Assembly (NCBI GenBank): GCA_044356455.1
Contig: JBIKWF010000040.1
Location: forward strand, 1-34,538
Reading direction: 5' to 3'
DNA: 34,538 bases
Origin: Bdellovibrionota bacterium
GTDB lineage: Bacteria > Bdellovibrionota_C > UBA2361 > JBGSMV01
The notes beneath the pieces were generated by a model. It saw nothing but the letters and a program-made list of their open reading frames with translations. It searched no databases and was not told the DNA's origin. The position numbers and the translations under genes were made by a program. Position 1 is the stretch's first letter. Every line of letters starts with the position of its first letter. Shown here one piece after another: positions 27,424 to 34,538 of this stretch.

Positions 27424-27967
27424 ATTGCTACCGTACTTTTACCGTCAAACCGACCAATTAAAAATCAGCCAAATATAAACCAACATTACCCGCACTTCTT
27501 GAAGGCCGAAACACATCGTGCGCCTAAAGAAATGCCTGGCAAATGCTGGGCAAAATCAAACAAAAACGTGGAGGAAGTAGATTGACCGCCAACACGGCGG
27601 TACTCGGAAGAAGCAGTCCGAGGCTGGATTAGCTACTCGAAGCTCCTTGAGGGAGTCCCGTCGGGGGCAGAGCGAAATCTTTGACCTTCCCAGAGTAAAA
27701 TACCCTCGGCCAGAGAAAATACCCTCGAATTGAGATGCCCCCAAAGTGGCAGCAGTGCTCTTAAGATACTTTCGCTAGGAATCTACCTTCCCAATCTGAC
27801 CAAACGTGAATTCGGCCTAAAATTTGCCTGTAACGTAGTAGAGTTGGCGGTCGATTGCAAGGTAAACATTGCCAAGAGGGGCTTCGGGGAGTTGCCCAAC
27901 TCATTGGTCTTCCACTATTTTTGCCGCCGTGGTTGACTCCCTTTAATTCAAATTTGTAACGCTATTC

Positions 27968-28852
27968 ATGCTTGAAGCAATTTCCCGGCGCCCCGAGCGC
28001 CCATTACTCTGTCTTGAAGTTAACCCTCCCCGGGGAGTCGACCTTGAGCCGATTATGAAGCGGCTTGAGGGACGCCTTGAGGGCGTCGACTTTTTGAATG
28101 TGACGGACTGCGCCTTGGCGCGCATGAAGCTTGCGGCTCTGCCCTTTGCGAGCATTCTAAAGCAGCGCTTTGGATGTGAACCTCTCGTTAATGTCTCTTG
28201 CCGCGATAGAAACCTCATCGCGATTCAAGCTGATTTGCTCGCCGCGTGGGCCACGGGAATTCGTTCGATTGTAGCGCTCACTGGCGACGCGGTGACGGTG
28301 GGTGATTCGCCAGACCGCAAGGGCGTTTTTGAGGTTAACTCTTTGGGGCTCCTTCACGCCGTTGCTACGTTGAATTCAGGGAAAGACTTGGCAGGCAATG
28401 AGCTTAAGGGGGCTCCCCAATTCTTTCCTGGGGTAGTGGTTAATCCTAACGCGCGCAACGCGGGCGCCGAAATTAGAAGGCTGAAGAAAAAGAAGGAGTC
28501 GGGCGCGCGCTACGCCTTGAGTCAGCCGGTGTTTGATGTAGAAGCTGCCGTCGCGTTTCTTAGAGAAGCTGCGCAGGCTGAGGTTCCCATCTTTCTGGGC
28601 CTCTTGCCACTTAAGAACGGCAAGGCGGCGCAGGGGATTGCAAATATCCCCGGAATTCGGCTTTCGGAAGCGATGGTTTCAATGATGAACGAAGCGGGCG
28701 ATAAGGACCTGTCTCGTTTCTTCCTTGCCCACTGCCTTGAGGTGGCCGAGGCGGCCAAGCCCTATGTTTGCGGATACCACGTGGTAAGCGGAGTTACCCC
28801 ACTACTTGCAATTGAGCTCCTTGAAGAGCTCAAGGGGCTAGTGCGAAAGTAG
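27968..28852 (+). CDS. metF: Methylenetetrahydrofolate reductase (MetF/YitJ C-terminal type)
   Basis: EVNPPRG, NVTD, CRDRN, ALTGD, SQPVFD and IPGI motifs. Confidence 0.88.
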   Translation: MLEAISRRPERPLLCLEVNPPRGVDLEPIMKRLEGRLEGVDFLNVTDCALARMKLAALPFASILKQRFGCEPLVNVSCRDRNLIAIQADLLAAWATGIRSIVALTGDAVTVGDSPDRKGVFEVNSLGLLHAVATLNSGKDLAGNELKGAPQFFPGVVVNPNARNAGAEIRRLKKKKESGARYALSQPVFDVEAAVAFLREAAQAEVPIFLGLLPLKNGKAAQGIANIPGIRLSEAMVSMMNEAGDKDLSRFFLAHCLEVAEAAKPYVCGYHVVSGVTPLLAIELLEELKGLVRK

Positions 28853-29095
28853 ACGGGTATTTAAGCGTACGGGATGCACTTGGGGGCTGTTGTGTGTGTG
28901 ATTGTCCCCGTTTAGGTAGAGCGAGTTCTGTAGAGGGAGTACGGGGGAGGGAGTCGGAGCATCCGTTCAGACTGTTCCGACGAGTTTAAAAATAGGCTAG
29001 CGTATGGCGGCCTGTGGCTGTCACCGAAATTTCGGTGAAGCAAACGAGAAGGTCCCCTTCAGATTCGTCAGGTAGTGGGTGGAGATTTTTTTGGT

Positions 29096-29689
29096 ATGAA
29101 GCGTCGCGAAGAAATGACGTTCCTTGAGCGTCTGTATCTGATTGAGATTGCCAAGGGGGTAATGTTCACTTTTGGCAAACTTCTTAGAAATCTTTTCTTT
29201 CACGTCCTGCACCTCCTTGGGATAAAAAAGGACGTGCGTGCGTCTGCGAGTATTCAGTACCCGAATGAGCGCCGCGAGTATCCCGCGCGCTATCGCGGTC
29301 GCCATCGCCTGACCCTGCACCAGAATGGTGATATCAAATGTACGTCTTGCTTCCTGTGTGCGACGGCTTGCCCCGCGCGCTGTATTTATATCGAAGCGGC
29401 TGAGCACGGCGATAAGAACGTCGAGAAGTTTCCGCAGCGCTACGAAATCGATACTCTTCTCTGTATTTATTGTGGATTTTGTGTGGAAGCGTGCCCGGTC
29501 GATGCGATTCGAATGGACACCGGCATCCATCCTGAAATTTATCCGCCTGACCCACGCCTCTTTATTGAGGACAAAGAAACGCTCATGGCACGCTCCCGGC
29601 GCCTTGAGGATTCCGGAGCCGAAGAGCTTTTTTCTCTTCACATGAAGCGCATGCGCGGTTTAGAAACTCACCCCGCTCGGGAAGACTGA
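29096..29689 (+). CDS. nuoI: NADH-quinone oxidoreductase subunit I
   Basis: QYP, RYRGRH, CTSCFLCATACP and CIYCGFCVEACP (two 4Fe-4S motifs); ATG 29096. Confidence 0.93.
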   Translation: MKRREEMTFLERLYLIEIAKGVMFTFGKLLRNLFFHVLHLLGIKKDVRASASIQYPNERREYPARYRGRHRLTLHQNGDIKCTSCFLCATACPARCIYIEAAEHGDKNVEKFPQRYEIDTLLCIYCGFCVEACPVDAIRMDTGIHPEIYPPDPRLFIEDKETLMARSRRLEDSGAEELFSLHMKRMRGLETHPARED

Positions 29690-29691
29690 TT

Positions 29692-31272
29692 ATGAATCGC
29701 GCTACCTCGCTTACGAGTTCGAGGGAGCCAGCTTGTGTAGTGAAGGGGCGGCCTCGTGCCTTTTCCCCTTTTTTTTCGGTGGTCCTTCTTCTTTCTCTTT
29801 TTGAGGGGGCGATCTTAAGTAGTGCGTCGGCTCAGGCTGGAGAGGCCGCGAGTGCCCCCGCGGAAAATCTCTCAGAGGCGGCTCAGGTTACCTCCTCCGC
29901 CTCAGTAGTGACGCCACTCGAGTCAAGCTCCCGCGCTCCTCGCGCCTTGCAGAGCGCAGCATCTTCGGGGGATGGATCTGCTTCGGCGAGCTCAGCTGGC
30001 AGTGATGCTCTTCAGATGGCGCTCGGTCTTCTCCCGGAGGGAGATAGCGCCGGGGCGCCCCCGCTGCATGTTGTGGCATCGAATGCCTATCAATGTAAGC
30101 TTCTTTTGCTCCCCGAGTTTTACCCACTGATTCGCGATGGTGCGCTCCAATTTTCTGCCTATCGGAGACCTCGGTTTGCCGTAAGCGATGATGATGAGTG
30201 GGTGCGGACAGGGGCGGGCCGTGTATCGAAATTGGAAACGGATAGTTCGCCGGATTTTGGGGCAGATCGCTTCAAGCGCGGTTTTCCCTTCGGCTCATTC
30301 GAAGATATAGTGCGCCGTTCCTCCTCGACTACTGCGCCTGAATTACTATGGAATGTTGCCTCGAGGCGCTGGTCCACGCCGCTTCTCAAGGCATCCTTTG
30401 ATCTTACCGTGGTAAAAGATCGCAAACTCGAGCGACATTTCCAAGGTGTGATTACGCGTCTTCACCCTCACGAACAGGGGGAAACCTCGGGACAAGTGTT
30501 CCGCGAGTTTTTGCAATTTACCTCACCAAGCGCAGCTTCCGATTATCGCTTCCTCTCCTTTCGTTTTCTCGGAAACGAAGAAGATCTCGTGTGGATGTAT
30601 TCGCCTGCCCTAAAACAGGTGCGTCAGCTTACCGGTGCGAATCGTTCGGATTCGCTCTTTAGGACGGGCATTTCGCTTGATGATTTCTTTCTCTGGTCAA
30701 CAAAACCTGAGTCGGTAGAGGGACGCTTTGATAAAGTGAGCACCGCGCTTGTCCCCTTTGCTGGGCTTGACGCATATAAGTTAGGCGAGCCATTGGGGAA
30801 CGATCCTTGCAATGAAATTGAATTCGCATCGTCAGCGGTCGCTGCGAATGGTGAGACCGAGGAGGCCGTCCCCTTCATTCCTGAGACTGAAGAGATATTT
30901 TTCCCTGAAGGGACTATCGCCGTTCCTCGGGAGCTCATTCGACTCACTCTCAATCCGCGAGACCCCTTTGGTCTAAATGGGCGTGTCGTTCTCTATATCG
31001 ATAAGCAGCTACAGATTCCCGTGGCAAAAATTGTATTTGATCGTTCGGGGCAGCTCTGGAAGCTTGCACTTGCGGGGCTTGCGATGGCGGTGTCGGAAGA
31101 CGGCTTAACGCGTGAGCCTTTTGTGAAGTTTGTGGTTCTCTCTGATAGGAAAGCGCAGACGCTTACTACCCTCGACCTTACTTCCGCAGCTTTGTGCCCT
31201 GAAATTCCGCCTACTATCTCGCGCGACTTCTTTGATCCGGCGAGACTTGGGCCTCCTCAAGAGCAGAAGTGA
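29692..31272 (+). CDS. Exported DUF1329 / LolA-like lipoprotein-sorting-fold protein
   Basis: Signal peptide (ASA-Q); GFPF, WMYSPALKQVRQL...RSD...DD and FDRSGQLWK motifs. Confidence 0.7.
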   Translation: MNRATSLTSSREPACVVKGRPRAFSPFFSVVLLLSLFEGAILSSASAQAGEAASAPAENLSEAAQVTSSASVVTPLESSSRAPRALQSAASSGDGSASASSAGSDALQMALGLLPEGDSAGAPPLHVVASNAYQCKLLLLPEFYPLIRDGALQFSAYRRPRFAVSDDDEWVRTGAGRVSKLETDSSPDFGADRFKRGFPFGSFEDIVRRSSSTTAPELLWNVASRRWSTPLLKASFDLTVVKDRKLERHFQGVITRLHPHEQGETSGQVFREFLQFTSPSAASDYRFLSFRFLGNEEDLVWMYSPALKQVRQLTGANRSDSLFRTGISLDDFFLWSTKPESVEGRFDKVSTALVPFAGLDAYKLGEPLGNDPCNEIEFASSAVAANGETEEAVPFIPETEEIFFPEGTIAVPRELIRLTLNPRDPFGLNGRVVLYIDKQLQIPVAKIVFDRSGQLWKLALAGLAMAVSEDGLTREPFVKFVVLSDRKAQTLTTLDLTSAALCPEIPPTISRDFFDPARLGPPQEQK

Positions 31273-31506
31273 GTATAAGCTCGGCGCGAAAAATCATTTA
31301 GGAAAATCACCGCTATCCAATGGAATCATTCCAGAGAATTCCGCGGGAATTTCTCAGCCCTGCCTTCTCCAAGCCTCGCTGGCTCACTTAAGTGACGAAG
31401 ACAAAACTCTTTGTCTCGTTCCACAAGTGGCTTAGCTTGAGGGGTGGTAAGCACAAAACAAAACCCTCAAGCCATGACAAACCTCCTTTAGTCGAAGTGA
31501 CCTCCT

Positions 31507-32088
31507 TTATTCGCAAGGGCGTTCGGGCTCACCTTCGTCCTGCCTTGGCCGCATCGGACGGGCAAGCTCGGAGCCGAGTCGTTCGAGAGCCTCAAGCGTG
31601 CGCTGATAGCTCTCATCCTCGCCCTTGTCCCTCTGGTGCTGCGCGAGAGCGGCTTGCGCGTATCTAAGCAACCGATCAAGTTGCTCAATATCGTCTCTTG
31701 CCACTTCGCAGAAGCATTGCGGCGCAAGTTCCCGCGGCTCTCCGTCTAAGTGTCGGCCGGCGCTCTCTCCCATGGCGATGACACGCATGAAGAGCTCAAC
31801 GTCATGACACCCATGCTCAAGAGCAATGAGCTGGTTGCGCCTTGCTCGCATAGCCGGGCGCGGCTCTTCTCCTCGCAGGATTCGGGCAGCGATACGCCTG
31901 CGAAGAGCCCCGAGCATCAACGCATTTGACGTCGAACCCGGAATCGAACCGTTCGCAGCGTCTGAACGAAGCTGTTCGACCCATCCCTGCAGCACCTCCC
32001 CCTCAAGCACCTCTGCTTGAGCTTCCAGGAGCTGCGCAAGGACTCTTGCCAGGAGCAGTCGCTCCCCGTAATTGCCAGCAGTCCACAT
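31507..32088 (-). CDS. Hypothetical helical protein (possibly degenerate ferritin-like)
   Basis: ORF divergent from the Lrp gene; ATG 32088 with AAGGAAG upstream; predicted all-helical. Confidence 0.5.
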   Translation of the reverse strand: MWTAGNYGERLLLARVLAQLLEAQAEVLEGEVLQGWVEQLRSDAANGSIPGSTSNALMLGALRRRIAARILRGEEPRPAMRARRNQLIALEHGCHDVELFMRVIAMGESAGRHLDGEPRELAPQCFCEVARDDIEQLDRLLRYAQAALAQHQRDKGEDESYQRTLEALERLGSELARPMRPRQDEGEPERPCE

Positions 32089-32257
32089 TTCGGCACTTCC
32101 TTTCTCATAGAGAACCTTTCTGATTGAACCTTTAGAGTGCTTACACATCACCCTCATGAGCGAGATAACCCAATTCTTATTTTCCGTTAATAGGATGTCA
32201 GAATTTGCCGCATTCTGATAAAGATATGCGTCTCAGTATTAGAAAACGTGAGATTTT

Positions 32258-33247
32258 ATGCACTCCACCCACGAGAGCCTCCCTTCGTATCGCAGCCTTG
32301 ATGCGTATGACCGCAAAATACTCTGGGCTCTCGATAATAATGCGAGACAGCCCTTTGCGCAGATAGGACGTGCGGTGGGGTTAGGCAGTGACCTTGTCGC
32401 CTATCGTTTTGAGAGAATGCGGCAGCGAGGTATTATTCAAAGGTGCTCCGCGTGGGTCGACCCCGCGCGTCTTGGGTACACCGTATATAAAACGTACTTA
32501 AAAGTTGAGGCGAACGATGCGGTGGTGAAGAAGCTGCTTGCCGATTTGTCACATAATCCGGCTCTCTATTGGTTGGCCGAATTCTATGGACACTGGTCTC
32601 TTCTTTTTACCCTCTTTGCAAAAGATCCGCTTGATTTTCAGTTGGCTCACGACAAGTTGCTTTCGCCCTATACAAGATTAATTCTTGAAGCGAGCAGCGC
32701 GACGATTGTGCAGTTGTGGCGTTACCCCAAGAACTACCTCGTCGGTAAGGGCAATGCTGAGTTTCATTACTGCGGTGCGCTCGGCGATCAAAAGATTGAT
32801 GCGCTTGAAGCCCGCATTATTCGTGAGCTTGCGAGTGATGCACGAATGACAGATGTGGCAATCGCAAAGAAGGTTGAGACGACCCCGGCGGTGGTGAAGT
32901 ATCGAATTCAGCGACTAGAAGAAGAGAAGATAATTGTCGGGTATCGTACGCAGGTGGGATACGAGCAGCTAGGAGTAATGCTTTTTAAGCTATTGATCAC
33001 GCTGCATAGTTATAATTCGAAGGATGAACTCGCCTTTCGAGAACACTGCCGCAAACACCCGCAGGTTATTGTGTACGTGCGTCAAATTGGGCAATGGAAG
33101 GCAGAGTTAGAGGTTGAGGTAAGCCACTATTTGGAACTTCAAGCGCTCGTCGAAGAACTTCAGCAAAAGTTTCCTAATCTCATTCGTTCTATTGAATACA
33201 TGCTCGTGAAGAAGGACCACCTCCACCGAAGCCCTTTGGCTGGGTAG
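32258..33247 (+). CDS. Tandem (double HTH-RAM) Lrp/AsnC transcriptional regulator
   Basis: LDAYDRKILWALDNNAR... and IDALEARIIRELASDAR...VKYRIQRLEEEKII...IGQWKAELE. Confidence 0.92.
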   Translation: MHSTHESLPSYRSLDAYDRKILWALDNNARQPFAQIGRAVGLGSDLVAYRFERMRQRGIIQRCSAWVDPARLGYTVYKTYLKVEANDAVVKKLLADLSHNPALYWLAEFYGHWSLLFTLFAKDPLDFQLAHDKLLSPYTRLILEASSATIVQLWRYPKNYLVGKGNAEFHYCGALGDQKIDALEARIIRELASDARMTDVAIAKKVETTPAVVKYRIQRLEEEKIIVGYRTQVGYEQLGVMLFKLLITLHSYNSKDELAFREHCRKHPQVIVYVRQIGQWKAELEVEVSHYLELQALVEELQQKFPNLIRSIEYMLVKKDHLHRSPLAG

Positions 33248-34061
33248 GCCATTCCGCAGAGAAAGAGATTTCTATAGACTCGCAAGAAAGGAAAATACCG
33301 TATCGTTAAATGCCTGAGGCTTTGATCTCATGATAGAGTGCCGCGCGTTTTCAATGACCTTCACTTGGTCGCCAAGTCAATTTTTACATTCACTTTGCCT
33401 GCAGCGAATGCAATTTTCGGTAAGTTCCGCTGGCGGCCCCCCCTCCCCCCTCTTTTCCTCTGAGACGCTGCGCCGCGTAAGCCCGTGAGTTTACTTAAAT
33501 CGGGCCCGCTCATTCGCCCGCTTTGTTCAAAAAAGGAACAGAGAAGCGACTTTCGCGGACCTTTAATCGCGATTCTTTGGCTCTTTCAGCCAGCTTTAAA
33601 GATAGAAAGAGTAAGCAAACCGTAGCGATCATTGGCGTGCCGATGCTCTCTTAATGCGCAAAACTGCCTATGGTCGCACTACGGCATTAATCAGCCCAAG
33701 AAGTTAGCGTTCGCGATGTCTCAGAGAGAACGATTTGGGGGGCGTTCATGCGTTTGCGCGCTGTATCGCATGCTCCGCAGAAAAGTTGCTCACCCTGGAG
33801 ATCTTCGCTCAAGCAGAGTCCCGTTTTCGGGTCCCAAGATCTCCAGAGTTGACTCATACTGGAGATCTTGGGGTAAGACCTGCGGGCTGCGTCAAGGCTT
33901 CAAGATTGTTAAGGAATTTGAAGTGATAGGCTTCGCGGAAAGGCGCTTGATCTCCAGGGTAGAGTTGGTTGGCGGAGAGGGGTAGAATCTGATCAATATT
34001 CTGTTCTCTTCCTACTAGAATGTTCGAGGAAGCTCCGTAGATGGGGTTAAGAAGGGATTAG

Positions 34062-34227
34062 CGCGGAGACACGGAGACCGCGGAGGGGAGATAGAATCGA
34101 GATTTTGGTCAGCTCTGTGCCTTAGCATAATTGCTAGTTATCCTGAACGTTCGCAAACAAAATCCTGGTAACACCTAGAAAGTTACGGATTCGCAGGCGA
34201 ACACTCCGCGGTCTCCGTGTCTCCGCG
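34062..34227. repeat. Perfect 24-bp inverted repeat enclosing 118 bp
   Basis: cgcggagacacggagaccgcggag (34062-34085) / ctccgcggtctccgtgtctccgcg (34204-34227). Confidence 0.92.
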
Positions 34228-34229
34228 AC

Positions 34230-34346
34230 CTAGGAGTGTGTCCCGTAGAAACATAGATCTTCATTTTGGACACAATCCGTAGGTGGGCTGTCCCGCTGCC
34301 ACCACAACATGTAGTGGTCGGAATTTTCTACGGGACAGACTCCTAC
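34230..34346. mobile_element. Short (about 109 bp) copy of the MITE/REP-like element
   Basis: CTAG-GAGTGTGTCCCGTAGAAA...TTTCTACGGGACAGACTC-CTAC; equals the 13923-14191 copy minus its central 152 bp. Confidence 0.78.
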
Positions 34347-34538
34347 CCCTTGTAACCCTAATCGACAAACCGGCAGAAAAGTTGCTTAGAAGCCACACCA
34401 AAGTTAGGAATACGGAAGAGAATCGGGTAATCGAGAACCCTAGCAAACGCTAGAGTTCTCAATCCCCACAACACCCGGCGTGCCGCTCGGCACCAGGCGT
34501 TTCAAGCTGGATAGTGCAACTGAGTCCAAAGTTCTCTA

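Noticed and set aside
27600..27690. SRP RNA or tmRNA
   Set aside because: GGAAGAAGCAG resembles the SRP loop but the paired CAGG is absent; no tRNA-like T-arm or CCA end for tmRNA.
29021..29641. 206-aa minus-strand ORF
   Set aside because: Antisense to the clearly real nuoI.
33632..33985. 117-aa ORF in the right-hand intergenic region
   Set aside because: TTG start, no recognisable motif, and it overlaps the inverted-repeat structure.
34261..34446. Small ORFs sharing the peptide LHVVVAAGQPT (also 91-294) and ORF 13856-14155
   Set aside because: The similarity comes from the non-coding repeat element, not from a protein family.

Overview
Bacterial chromosomal window, roughly balanced GC and probably a Gram-negative diderm (beta-barrel protein, MltB, DUF1329-like protein; lineage cannot be fixed from sequence alone). 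The left part (about 1.9-19.5 kb) holds a large NAD(P) cluster. It contains a full nicotinamide salvage route (pncA, pncB, nadD, glutamine-dependent nadE, NAD kinase) and a GapN-like aldehyde dehydrogenase. Interleaved with these are a tandem Lrp/AsnC regulator, three apparently related tandem-Nudix proteins with degenerate Nudix boxes (one stand-alone, one fused to a C-terminal HDxxH..E domain, one fused to a SAM methyltransferase) and an ADP-ribosyltransferase-like protein. This combination is the best candidate for an undescribed system. The right part is mostly housekeeping: mltB, holA, tRNA-Phe, an RDD protein, rsmE, a DsbA/GST-kappa protein, metF-like, an isolated nuoI and a second tandem Lrp. 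Intergenic DNA is rich in repeats: a CTAG/GTAG-bounded MITE/REP-like family at three loci, a GTAG REP doublet, a 128-bp tandem array next to the tRNA, long inverted repeats and two candidate structured ncRNAs. All family calls come from motif recognition by eye, with no database searches.
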